Below are positions 1 to 12,800 of a DNA stretch of 54,116 nt, in pieces. Source of the DNA: Neovahlkampfia damariscottae (taxonomy: Eukaryota); the NCBI GenBank assembly GCA_016618085.1, contig JABLTG010000140.1, forward strand, positions 1 to 54,116. The letters are read 5' to 3'. The position numbers were made by a program, and so were the translations under genes. The notes below the pieces were generated by a model. The model had not been told where the DNA came from. It made no database searches and was given only the letters and a program-made list of their open reading frames with translations. How positions within the stretch are numbered: position 1 is the stretch's first letter; every line of letters starts with the position of its first letter.

Positions 1-208
1 ACATTTTTAAAAAGTAGCTTGGATTTTGTTGATGTAACATTTTAGTCAAGGAATAGTCTTTTTTGTAGGATTCAATTAAATGTTGGTTGGGAAAGATATT
101 TCGTGGTTTTTTGATAATAACATTCAATTTGCCGTCTTTGGTCTTTGCTTTTTGAATTACTGTGTTTGAAGAAGCAAAAATGTCTTCACCGCACGAAAAG
201 TTTTCCAT
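1..208 (-). CDS. 5' end of a probable Ser/Thr kinase-like protein, running off the window
   Basis: ATG at 208 opens MENFSCGEDIFASSNTVIQKAKTKDGKLNVIIKKPRNIFPNQHLIESYKKDYSLTKML with no stop to position 1. Resembles the kinase N-lobe of bacterial-type kinase/AAA/sensor proteins. CCAAT about 20 bp upstream. Confidence 0.45.
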   Translation of the reverse strand, partial: MENFSCGEDIFASSNTVIQKAKTKDGKLNVIIKKPRNIFPNQHLIESYKKDYSLTKMLHQQNPSYFLKM

Positions 209-607
209 TGTGTCAATAAGTAGTTTTGATTGGTCTGTTGAGAATAAACCAATAAATACTTAATCACTCAATCATAAAAGGGAATTGTTTTTTCTATTCA
301 AGATGTTTTTTCGGGATAAAGTTTTATTGGTAAATGACTTCTCAAATTCAATCTATATGTAACCAAAATTGAAGGAAATAAGAGTTCATTTAAAATACAA
401 AACTTTGAAGAAGATCAGAAAAATTTTGAAAAAAAAACATCAACTTTAAGGTAAAACAAATTCTAAAAGCACAACAATATCAATTATTTTTTGGAGTGAC
501 ATTAATGTTTGAACAATTTTTAAAATTAAAATCGCAAAAAAATTGAAATTTCAAAGTTTCAATGTTATAAATATATTTCATGAACGAATCATTCAAAACA
601 CAAAAAC

Positions 608-2869
608 ATGGACACACTCAACAACTACCTCAAAGTAAACAGCTCAGGATACACCCAACAATTGACACTCTCATATTCAATTCAGTTCAACAATATTGTC
701 AAACCACTTGACAACTTGATCAAAAACAACTTTCCTCCTAAATCTGACATTCAAGATTACTTTGTTTTTAAAATTCGTTTCAAAGCATTACAACGCTTAA
801 TTTTTCAAAACTCACTTTTTGTTCTTCCTTCAAACATATTTCAAGGACTTGAAGCAGAAGGAGTGGAACTATTGAGAATCGGACTTAAATGTTCTCCTCA
901 AGATGTTGAGAAACTTTCAGAGTTTGAACAAGCAATAACAAAATCATCATCAAAGAAGTGGAATTAATTGAATGTAAGTTATTTTTTAAATTTAGATTTT
1001 TGAAGGGTTTCAAAAACGAATTGATGAAACCCAAGATTCTGATTTAAAGATTTATTTGCCGGCAATTTCAGAAGATGTTTCAGTGAGAAAATTTGTTGAA
1101 GATTTGAAAATTGTTCAGTTCAATCAACAGGAAGACTTTATGTTAATCAAAATGAATTGCAAGTGGAGTGTATTGGAACTTCAAAGAAAAAGAAACTAAA
1201 ATTACCAAAAGAAGCGGTTTTCAAAAACTTAATCGCAGAATTAGATCCAACCTTTTTTACTATTCCTGATAGAAATAAATTCAGTTGTATTGGAAATGCA
1301 GAAAAATCAATTGAAGTGTTGAATTCCACTGTGAAAGAAATTGAAATGTCAAAAAGAGGAATGATTATTATTATGTTAGATGACATTGTGGACATTTTAT
1401 CATCAGAAAATAACAATTCTTCTTCATCAATTCAATTTGATAAAGATGAAAAAGAATGCAAATCAGTTTCTGAAACGGTAACCAAACAAAACAATATAGC
1501 TTCTCCTGCTTTATTCAAATCAATTTTAAGTCTCTCCAATTGCTCTCAACGTTGGAATTCCGAAAAATTAATTTTCATTCACACCAAAGATCCATTTTTA
1601 CAATCAAAAATTTTGGAATTCTCAGAATGGGGATATAGAACTGCTCCAGTAAAATATAATGTTGACCCAGAGCGTTATGGAACAAATTTATTGATAAATG
1701 ACCACTATTTCCTGTACTGCCAACTACAGAACATTTCAATTGAAACATGAACTCACTGGTGGAAAAAATTACTGGGAAATTGAAGTGGTCAAATTGGTGA
1801 CTCATGTTTTCATTGGAATTTCAAATAAAAATCAAAATTTGGGTGCTTATATTGGTTCTGACAAAAATTGTTGGTGTATCAGTTTTACAACCGGACATTC
1901 CTACAAATATCACAAAGGAAGAAACATGTATCATCCTTTTTGTTTAAAATCTCGTGACAGAATTGGAATATTCTATGATCAAGATAATTTTAACACCATC
2001 TCGTATTATTTGAATGGTGATTATCAAGGAATTCTTTTTCTGGACTTCCATTAGGGAATTCAGGTATTTTCCCTTCGATTTCATTAGGGAATGGGGATAA
2101 AATAAATTTAATCAAATCACCAAAACAATCATTAGAATCCATTCCATATCGTTCAGAATTTGAAGTTGAAGATATTTTAATGTGTGGAGATGTTGAATTG
2201 GAAACTTTGGATGGGATGATAATCGAAAGCAAAGTAAATTCTTACAGAACAGCTAAACAATCTCAAATATTGAAAAATGAAGTTCATTACTACGAAATCA
2301 AAGTTCTTTCAATGAATTCAAGGCTCCAGTTTATGCTGCATTATCATTATGTTCATCAAAAGCCAAAATGGAAAAAATGAAAACAGTTCCTCAATTTAAT
2401 GATGTAATTCCAGCATTTGATCTGTCTACTTCAAAATATTACCGGTTTTCAGGAGAAAAAATTGTAAAAACAAACTCAGAATGGTCTGCAATTTATTCTA
2501 TTGAAACATTCAAGTGGTCTTCACAAATGGTCGATCTTACTCGAATTGAATTCTAGTTTCAATATCCATCTGGGTCTTGTAAAATGCACTCATGACAGAA
2601 AAAAAAATTCTTGGATTGGATCTTACAATGACAGTTACAGTTATTCCACTAGCAATAAACAATATTACAAAAATAGTTCCTCACTGAAAACCTTATCATC
2701 AATTACAACAAAAAACAACGAAATTCTTGAATATGTTGCAGATTTTCATCAAAAAAAAGTATTTATCAATGGAATTGAAATGGGTGGCATCGATAGCGGT
2801 GAATATTATTTTGGATTTTCTATGCACTACGCGAATGATCAAGTGACAATTCATCACAAAAATCAATAA
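608..2869 (+). pseudogene. Disrupted multi-SPRY (B30.2-like) domain gene
   Basis: Three SPRY-like segments (GKNYWEIEV...VFIGI...IGSDKNCWC...DRIGIFYD; VHYYEIKV...PVYAALSL; GLHKWSI...IHLGLV...WIGS...YYFGFSM) lie in different frames. In-frame TAA at 965-967 just before a 22-nt intron (974-995); frame breaks near 1135, 1705, 2038, 2322 and 2511 without intron signals. Confidence 0.65.
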
Positions 2870-3081
2870 ATATTCTTTTCTTCATTATTGCGAAAAATTT
2901 CAAGAAAAAAATTTAATGTGAAAAAAAAGAATCTAGAATTGAGAAACTTCAAATTTTAACAATAAATGTAAAAATGAAAAGTTAAATTATCAATATTTAC
3001 TCAAAACTTTGTGGTGAAACTTGAAAGAGAAAAGCAAAAAAATCTAAATTTAAAATTAAATCTTTATCCTTCAAAAGAGTA

Positions 3082-4822
3082 TCAGTCTATTTGAATGAAA
3101 AAATCACCAGACTTTTTTGAATGTTTCTTTTTTGTATTTTCCAATTTAAATTCAATAATCTTCTTTTTACCATAAACATCAGAAAGTTTGAATTTCACTT
3201 CTCCAATATAAGCATGTTGAAACACTTTGTTGAAATCCCAAACCTCAATTTTCCAATTCACGTTTGTGTGACTGCTCCAATCAATTTCAATTTGAAAATC
3301 ATCCCACATCGGATTTAATGTCAACAATTTGACATCGCTTTGATACACTTTAATATCATTTTGATAAATAATCATATAAGGATCACTCTTTCCAAAGAAA
3401 TCCTTTTTATCACAATTCTTTGCATAAGCTCGAACTTTGACTGTTTTTTTCGGTCCTCCTTTTTTGCTCATTGATGTTTTGGTTGTCAATGTTGTCTTTT
3501 TTCCTGATTTTGTCAACATACTTTCAAATTCTGATCCTTCATGTCCTTCAGTAACTTTGATGAGCGGAATCCAAGCAGGTCTGTTATTTTGTTCTGTTGA
3601 AAATTTTAAATGAAATTGAAACTGTTACTTGTGTAATCACTTGCATAAATCATTGCTTTTTTTCTTTCTCCTGTTGAACTTCCTTTTCCAATCCAAACAA
3701 AGATATTTCTTCCAAAATCAGCAACAAAAACATCATCTGATTTAAACATTGATCTTTTAATTTCACCTTCTGCAATCTTTGAAAAAGAGAATTTTCCATC
3801 TGTTTCATTTAATTGATATAATACATGATCTCTTTGTCCTTCAACTTCCAAATCATCACCACCTTCCTCTGCTGTTTTGATTTGTCCTTTACCACCTAGA
3901 ATGTCCCAAAATTCTTTAGTTTCATCTTCTTTTGTTTCAATTCTGATGATTTCTTTGAAACCTTTTCTTTCAGATTTGATATCACGTGCAACTCCAGCAG
4001 CTCTGAATTTTTCATTTTTACCAACATGTTTTCCAAACCAAATATATGATTTCAAACCAGCATCAACAACAAATGCTTTGAAAAAAAGTCAAAGAAAATT
4101 AAAACTTACCATCTCCTTCATTAAGTGATTCACATGATAATGGTACCTCCATTACATGAATTCTTGTTTTTCCTTTGATATGAAGTAATTTTGGTTTGTA
4201 ATCTTGAGGTTTTATTTTATTAAATCCAGATTCAATTCCACCTTTTAGTATTTTGATTCCGTCTTTAAATAATTGATGAAATGAGTCTGATTCATATCCT
4301 TGTACTTCACGATACTAATTTGGAAAAAAATGAATTAAATTTTAATTTTCTTACTTGTACAGGGTCACCACCTAAAAGATCATCAAGTTCAACTGTTTTG
4401 TAAGCTGCTGTACCCTTTTATATTTCAGTTTTTTTTTCACATACCATTTCGTCTTGTGTTGAATATTTACCAAGCCAAAAGTGAATATTCCAACAAATTT
4501 TTTTTTCTTTTTTGTAAGTATTGAGAATGATGTAACTATCACCATCATAAAATTTTCCATAATTTTCTCTTGGTATTTCTTTCACTTCAAATTTTTCAAT
4601 TCTCCAAATTTTGAGTCCTTCCTTTTGTCCTAGTAAAATTAAGAATTGTTGTTTCTTTTACCACAACCAATCTAACAAGAAGTCAACATGATAATTTCTT
4701 ACCCATGCTTTTTCAGTTTTTGCAGCGTCCACTCTTAACTCTTTGTCTGCATCTGATCCAAGTCCTGAAACATTTGATTCTTTATAACTTTTAGCTTGTT
4801 TGGCTTCAATTTTTTCACTCAT
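3082..4822 (-). CDS. Severin/fragmin-like three-repeat gelsolin protein fused to a C-terminal C2 domain (6 introns)
   Basis: Spliced product has LKIWRIEKF, YGKFYDGDSYIIL, IHFWLGKYSTQDEMGTAAYKTVELDDLLGGDPVQYREVQGYES and DDVFVADFGRNIFVWIGKGSS. After a 35-nt intron (3594-3628) it continues in frame into a C2 domain (DKKDFFGKSDPY, TLNPMW, IEVWDFN). Confidence 0.9.
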
Positions 4823-4901
4823 TTTTCTGACAAAACTGAAGATAATCTGATTGGACAGAGGATAAACAACAAATTAAAACTTTGCTAATAAAAAAAGAGC
4901 T

Positions 4902-6921
4902 TTATTTTAATCTTTGAGTGAATATACCTAATTTTTCATCATATTGATATGATCTTTTTCTATCTATTCCCAGCGTTGAATTTAAACAAAATTTTGTTGT
5001 TATTTCTCTGTTCTTTTCGTCTAAAATCATCATATTAGTTTCTCCTTCTTTTTCCAAAAAAATATTCAAGCATTGAATCAAATGAATAATTTGATGATCT
5101 AATAAATCTAAATTCAAACCAAACTCTTTTGGAATGATGATATTAACTTCATCTTCAATATGATGAAACGCTGTATGATGAAATTCTTCTTCGTTTCGAA
5201 GTTCCAATGCTTCATTATCAACCAAATTCATAAATTCTTTTGGAATTTCATAATTTATTTTCATAGGAATTGATTTAATTTCAAAGTGAGGAGGTATCAT
5301 TGGATATTCTTCTTTGATAACTTTCATTGACACTTGAATTTGCAATGATTTTTTTTTGAATGTTAAATGATAAATACCATCTTCTTTAAGTAACATTTCT
5401 GTAAATTTAATTCTCAATGGAATTGAAATCTTTTTAAATTTTGGTATGATTAAATTCTCTTGAAAACATGATAAGAACAAGAGTTTTTTAAGAATTACCT
5501 AAATTTTTTATTTGATTTGTCACTGAGCTCATTGCTTCTTTCTTAAATTTAATTCTTTCAAATAACTTTTTCACATTAAGTTTTGGTATTGTTGATGATT
5601 TCTCACTGTATAAAAAAAAATTAAACTAAATGAAATTCAAACGAGTTGTTTTTCAATGGTTCCAAGAAATCTAAATTTCCTAAAATTTGAGCCCATTTAA
5701 ATGGTTTTCCATGTTCAAAATTTGAAAAATCATAATCACTAAATCATTAATTTTTCAAGAAAATTCACCTTAAAATATGAACATTTGGTGATTTTGTGCC
5801 ATCATCATTTTCATACAATGAAGGTAAAATATCAATATTTGAGTTAACTGTTATCAAATTTGATTCATATAAATAATGAAAATGAATTTCCATTTCATCC
5901 AATTTTACAGTCACATAAGTTGGAAAATCAATAAGTAAATCATTTTTCTGTTTCTTATTTAAATGTTCTTCACTTTTTTCAATCCAATATTTTTGTGCTT
6001 CTTCATCATTTCCTTCAATTTTTAATTCAATTTTTTCATCTAAACAACTGTTAAAGTTCTATTTTCGTTACCAAATTGTTGTTGATATGCTTCCATTGTA
6101 CAATAAAGAATATAAAGCGGTTTTGGTAAATTCCTGACCATAGAATGAGTTTTTCTAGTTTCTATTGAATTTAAAGAATAATTTAATGATTTACCTGTAA
6201 CTGGATCATTCAAAATTTTCTTGTGAAATTAGTTGAATTTTATTTTTACTTGTAACGGTTCTGAAGTGATGAATAATTTCTTAATTGATTCTTTAAATAA
6301 GTTCTGTTGTTGTTTTTTATCTTCTATTTCTTTTTTTATTTGAATTTCTTCTTCTTGTAATTGCTTTATTGTTTCTGAATTTTTTTGACGTTCTTTCAAT
6401 TCAAAATTTAATAAATTCAATTCAAATTTGTGTTCTAAAACAGTTTTTTTTTTAAAAAAATAATTTCAACAAACCATCTTTTTCATTGTCTTTTGTGTAT
6501 TTTATATATTCTTCTTTTGTAATTAAATTTTGAATTTGATTGAGTCTTGATTCAAAATTTTTACATGTTGATATTTCTCTTTGAATATGATTTGATTCAT
6601 ATTGTAAACTTTGTAATTGTAGTTGAAGTTCATCTATCTTTTTTTTATAAACATCCAACTCACCAACCACTTCTTCATTTGAAATTTGAACTGATTTATG
6701 ACTATTTTTTAATTTTAAAAATAACATCATTCCTTCTTTTTTTAACTCTTTTGAGTTTTTTGGATCCTAGCTCCGCGGAGGAAATTCAATGTTCAATTTT
6801 TGTTTACTTTTTTTATTTGGTTGATATTTTCTCTGATGGAATTCATTACAGTTTGAAACTCTGTTAGTTTTTGTTCACTGTTTGAAAATACATCAACTCC
6901 TTCAATTTCCATTCTGTCCAT
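4902..6921 (-). CDS. THOC5: THO complex subunit 5 homologue (multi-exon)
   Basis: KIDELQLQLQSLQYESNHIQREISTCKNFES, LLNFELKERQK, LPKPLYILYLQ and GKPFKWAQILG match the FmiP/Thoc5 pattern. Exons join through short GT-AG introns. Confidence 0.8.
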
Positions 6922-6986
6922 TTTGTCGTTGAAAAATATACAGGATGTGATTGGTGGAATTTTTTTAGACACCATTTGAAGTTCTG

Positions 6987-7788
6987 ATGAAAATGTGTTT
7001 TGATGAAAAGAACAAACCAAACCCAATACAAATTGTAAAATTAAATATTGGAAATGTAAAATATGTCACCACTTATGAGACCTTAAGTTGTGCAGGTGAG
7101 AATTATTTGACCTCTCTTTATCAATCAAAACTGATACCAGGTTTATTTTTTAAAGAAATTAAATTTTCAAAATAGTTCTTGACCATGATGATTTCATTTT
7201 CATTGATAGGTTTGAAATCCAAAAAAATTTTTTTTATTTTCTCAAAGAGATGGAAAATATTTTGAACCAATTTTGGAATATTTGAGATCAAGTGTGAAAG
7301 AATTTTTAACATTAAAACAAAGGAATTCATTTTTACTTGATAAAGAAGAAGATCAAGTCAAACATAGTTTGAGTAACATTGTATCTTTCACAGATGATTT
7401 GTCTTTAATTAAACTTAACAAAGAAATTGATTTTTATTGTATAAATATGCCAAAATTTTATCGAAAACATATTGAATTTTTTTACAACAAATCTCAAATT
7501 ATATCAGGTGAATCACTTGAATCTATTGAAGAATTGGATCTTGGAATTAAAGAACAAATCACCACAAAGACAATATCAAGGATCTCAAAGAAATCAAGAG
7601 TTTGGACAGTTGGTTATAATGATGTTTTGGATACGTTGATCAATGATGGTTGGAAAATTGAAAATGTGACAAATTTCAAAGATGGAAATTCTCGACAAGT
7701 TCTTATTAGCAAAGTATTCCTTGCTCTGGATGAAGATAAAGAAAATCCAAAGAAATTAGAAATCAATGAAGATGAATTGACAGAATAA
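6987..7788 (+). CDS. KCTD-type BTB/POZ domain protein (2 introns)
   Basis: IVKLNIGNVKYVTTYETL...FIFIDRDGKYFEPILEYLRS after removing two short introns. Confidence 0.8.
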
Positions 7789-7796
7789 CAAATTTT

Positions 7797-9683
7797 TTAT
7801 TCAACAATCATCATATCACCTTCTATTTGAGTTGTCATAAAATCTTCAATGTTTTTCAGATTTTTTAGACCATCTTTTACTCTAGAAAATGATAAGATTT
7901 CTTTTAATAAATCAGTGAATTCGTTTGAATATGGTTTTTCAATCATATTAAAAATTTTTCCAAAAAAATGGCGAATTAATTCAAAATCTAAAGATTGTGA
8001 TAAACATAATTCTTTGAATGATTTTAAGACTGGAAGTACGAAATTCAATTCAAACAACAAATAAACAAAGACATCTAAATATAATTTTTTGATTTCTATT
8101 ATTTTGAAAACATCCAAATCTGTGTGAACTGTAAATAATTTTGAAAGTAATTCTAAAATAGAAGAACATTGAATTTCATTATTTGTTGCAATCTTTGATC
8201 ATTTAAAATTTGAATTTTTGACTTACTCCTTTCAATAAATCCATGAATAAACTTGTTGAATTTATATTATAAGATGATACAAAAAATTGTGAATGAGTAA
8301 AAAGAATTTCTATCCATTTGATAATACCCATACAAATAACATTATATCTAAATAAAAATTAATAAAATTTTAGAAAATACTTCAATAATGGCATTAGTTC
8401 TTGAGTTGATTTTTCAATATTTGAATAATCAATTCTTGTTGAACATATTTCTAAAGAACTATTGATTGCTGAAATAGTTTGATTTAAAACATCTTCATCT
8501 TCAATGGTACAAGAAGCATATGCTAATAAATAAACATATTTTGATTTATGTTCTTCATTAACAATATTATAAGGTGTATATAAATCAGAAACAAAAATTT
8601 CAAAAAAATGTAAGTTTTGAAGAAACTCTTTTGATGGAGGATTTGTTGATTTATAAGCTTTGTATAACTGTTTTAAAAAAGTTAATGATGTTTGATTCTA
8701 ACTTTGATAACATCTGATGGATTTGTTTTTTTTGTTTTGTACATTGAAATTAGAGCATCAGATATATCAGATGGATCAATTCCATCTTTTAAAGAATCAT
8801 ATTTTAAAAATTCAAGAGGTATAGTTTGTGATAATAAGTTGTTTTTTTTTGTTGATAAATTCAATTCTACAGCTTCCATTAATCTTCTTAAATTTATAAT
8901 TTTTGATAATTCACGAAGTAAACAATGAGTATAAAGATATGTATATTGGTTGTAACATGTAATTTTCTGTGACAATTGATTAAAAAAAAATGATTTTAGT
9001 TCTTACTAAAAAGTCAAGAAATGACTCGTCAATGAGTAATTCTTCTTCTGTTTTTGTTGATAATTTATCAATTAAATTCACAAGAACATTATGAAAAATA
9101 TTAAAATTTGTTGAAGAACTTGTGAAATGAGAAATTTCATCAATGTGACCATTAGCGCAGATTTTTTGAATTGAAAAATTCAACAAGTAACAATCTGGAT
9201 ACATTTCTGATAATTTATAAATTAAATTTCTCCAAGTTGGTTTCGAAATCATATAATTCAACCATTCAGGAGGTTTTGTCTTTAAAAAAAAATAAAAAAC
9301 AAAAGTTGATTTACTGTTGTCTTTAAAAATATACTATCTGCATTTTTTATATCAAAGTGTTTGAATATTTCAGTTTTTATGTCTTCTATGATCATAGATT
9401 CAATTTCTTGGTTTGAATGACCACAGATTTTTAAAAAACCTGATGTTATTTTAATCATGTCACAATATCCATGATAACTATCAACGACAAATTTTGTTGC
9501 TTCCTTTTTTTTAATTTTGATTCAATAATTTTTTTTGAATTTTACTTTTGGAGCACCTCCTTCTGAGATAAATACTTTAAGAGTGTTATAAAGTTGAGGA
9601 TCTAATATTGAATCATTTTCAATCAATTTTGATTCAGATTCTTTCAGAAGCGAAGTGTTGTTGACTTTTTCGTTTGAATTCAT
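7797..9683 (-). CDS. NELFCD: Negative elongation factor C/D (TH1-like), multi-exon
   Basis: DSILDP...FISEGGAP...SYHGY, PPEWLNYMISKPTWRNLIYKLSEMYPDCYLLNFSIQKI, QYTYLYT and FNMIEKPYSNEF follow the TH1 family pattern. Confidence 0.8.
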
Positions 9684-9841
9684 GGTTACTTTTTGATTGG
9701 TTGAAATATTCAACGTTTTTTTTTTTTTTAATCCAAATCCTGTTTTTCTTCAGTGAAAGTAATATTCAAAAAAAAAGAAAATGCAAAAAAAAGAAGCCAA
9801 TAAAAAGGCCAATTTCAAACCAATCAAATCAAAATTTACTT

Positions 9842-12800
9842 ATGAGAAAACATAGAAAACCAAACAACAGCGACCTATTCAGCGCAGTTGGAAGCTTTCT
9901 TTCTGCAAATACTTACAACCCTGAAGGTGAACAATATCCTCTAAGATTTGAACTCAGAGAACCTACACCAGAAGATTTTATCAAAACGTCACAAGAAGCT
10001 CCTTCAAATATTGATAATGGAAATCAAGAATTCACAAAACTCTCTACTCAAGAAATAGAACATCTTCAAAAACGTTTACCAGAAATTGAAACAGAAAAGG
10101 AAGACTTTCAAGAATTCAAAGTTAGAGAAAAAAGTTTAAAAGCACCTGTAAAAGGAGACACTATATTACAAGAATTTCCTCCTAAAGGATCATTTGACCC
10201 ACCTAAATTATCAATTGAAGAGATTTGTCAAGACAAAGAATTAATTGTTGAAAGATATTTACCTGAAGGAAAAGTACCAATGGCTCCACAACTGAGTGTG
10301 ACTTTCAATGATGCTATGGTTAAATTATCATCTATTGAACAAGTAGAAAGTCAAGAAATACCAGTGGAAATTTCACCAAAAGTGGAAGGAAAATTTCGTT
10401 GGATTGGAACTAAAAGTTTACTTTTTGAACCAAAATTTAGATTTAATCAATCAACACTTTATTCATGTGTTATCAAAAAAGGAACAAAAAGTCAAAATGA
10501 TCTTAAATTATCCAAAGATGTAAAATGGACATTTGAAACACCTACTGTTAAAATTACAAAAAGTTTACCAAATGCAACAGTCTTTGAATCACCAGTTTTC
10601 TATTTACATTTTGATCAAAAAATTGAACCAGAAAAAATGATTAAAATTATCAAAATGTCTAATTATAATGGAACATTTGAATTATTAAAAATTGAAGAAG
10701 TGAAAAAAATAGTTGCTGAACAAAAAGCTTCTTACAGACAAAATGTTGATTATTTAATGGATTCATCAATTGAAGGAAGATTTATGTGGTTCAGAGGAAA
10801 CAAAAAATTAAAATTAGCAACTAATTTTCAAGTAACAGTTGGCCCAAATATTCCTTCAGCGGAAGGTCCACTTTTAGCTCCTCTTGCTTCATACCAATTT
10901 AGTACATTTGGTCCAATGAGTTATGTTTCACATTCACCAACAGAAAAAACACTTCCTTTTCGAGGATGGAGTGTACGTTTCAGTAACAAAATTGAAGTAG
11001 AAGATTTAGATCCAGAAAAAATTGTTTCAATTGAACCAAAATTACCAGATTGCAGAATATCAGTGACACATGATCACCTCAATATCAATGGTAAAAGCAA
11101 AGGATCAACTGATTACAAAATAACAATTAATACTGGATTGAAAGATGTTTATGGTCAAAATCTTGCTGAAAAGAAAGAAATTACAATTAGTGTTGGACCT
11201 GCAGAACAAATGATAAAATGTTTAGAAAATGGTTTGATAGCATTAGATCCAACAGAACCTGAAACACAAACAGTCAGTTTGATCACTTGTAATCTATCAC
11301 AAACAAGATGTGTTGTTCTCCAGGTGAAGCCAAGTGATTATCGCTCTTATTCTGGTCATAGTTCATACGATAAAAGAACTTTAGACAAACAATTCAATTT
11401 TGGTAAAAAAGTATTTGATAAAGTGATTCAAATTGATTCAAAACCTGATGTTCCGGTTGAAACTTTCATTCCTTTGAAACAATATCTTCAACATAGTGAT
11501 GAAAATTTAGGACAAATTGTTGTTGCATTTGAACCATTAGAAAAAGATTGGAAAAACAATTATGACTCTCATCCAATTCCTTCAGTTTGGATTCAATCTA
11601 CTGAAATTTCACTTGATTATTTTGCTCACAGTTCAAGTGCAGAATTAGTTTGTTGGTCAAATTCTTTAAGAAGTGGTAAAACAATGGAAGATGTTCGATT
11701 TGATTATGGAATTGAACATGCAAAATCGGATAAAACAGGTCTTGCACATTTTAAATTGTCAACATCAGACGGTAGATTCCTTGTTGCTTCTCATAAAAAT
11801 GATATTTGCTTTGTTCCAAAAGTGTCAGTTGCAAACCGTCCAACAGACCATTACATTGCTTCCACCTTTAATGATAGAAATTTATATAAACCAAAAGAAA
11901 AAGTGTCAATCAAAGGTTTCGTTAGAAAATTGAAAAGAACTAAAAATGGATATAACTTGGAATCTGTTTCTCTCTCTTCTTTCACTGTCAAAGTAGTAGA
12001 TCCAAGAGGAGCCGAATATCATAAAAGCGATATGACATTAAATGAATATGGATCATTTAAAATTACATTTGATGTTCCAGATAATGCAAATCTTGGAACT
12101 CATTATGTTTATTTTCAAAATACATCCAATCACATAAGTTTTTCAAACACATTCCAACTTCAAGAATTTCGTACACCAGAATATAAAGTTAGTGCATCAA
12201 CTAGTTCAGGACCTTTCATTGGAAATGGAATTGCTATTGTTACAGTGAATGCAGAATATTACTCAGGAGGTGGAATGTCTTCAGCAAAAGCAAATTGGAC
12301 TGTTAGACAATCTGAATCAAATTATAGACCTGTTGGATGGAATGGATTTAATTTTCAAAAATCTGTTCCTTATTGGTTCTCTTCACCATCATCAAAATCC
12401 GACAAAAGGGGTCCAGTTCCAATCAGTGGCACTACTGATTCAAATGGTTTGAACAAAGTCTGCATTGAATATTTTGAAACCACAAGAAAACCAAAAAGAC
12501 CTGTAACACTCACAGCTTCTGTTAATGTACAAGATTTGAACAATCAAGTGATGAGTGCAAATACAAATGTGCTCATTCATCCTTCATCACTTTATGTAGG
12601 AATGAAAGCAGTGAAAACATTTGGAAAACCAAATCAGCCAATTCCTATTTCACTTATTGCAACAAATATCAAAGGAATTACAAAACAAAATGTAGCCATC
12701 AAATTAAAAGCATATCAACATCTATCATATTACAAAAAACTTCAATACGTTGAAGAACAAAAAGAAGTGCTGGATATCGTACTCAAATCAAAAAATCAAG

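Noticed and set aside
608..2869. Alternative genetic code or programmed frameshifting to explain the broken ORFs
   Set aside because: All conserved genes in the window translate cleanly with the standard code once tiny introns are removed, and the breaks share no slippery motif.
9674..9841. Hydrophobic N-terminal extension of the A2M ORF that looks like a signal anchor
   Set aside because: It starts at a TTG overlapping the NELFCD start, and derives from poly-T/poly-A promoter DNA containing CCAAT boxes. There is no in-frame ATG before 9842.
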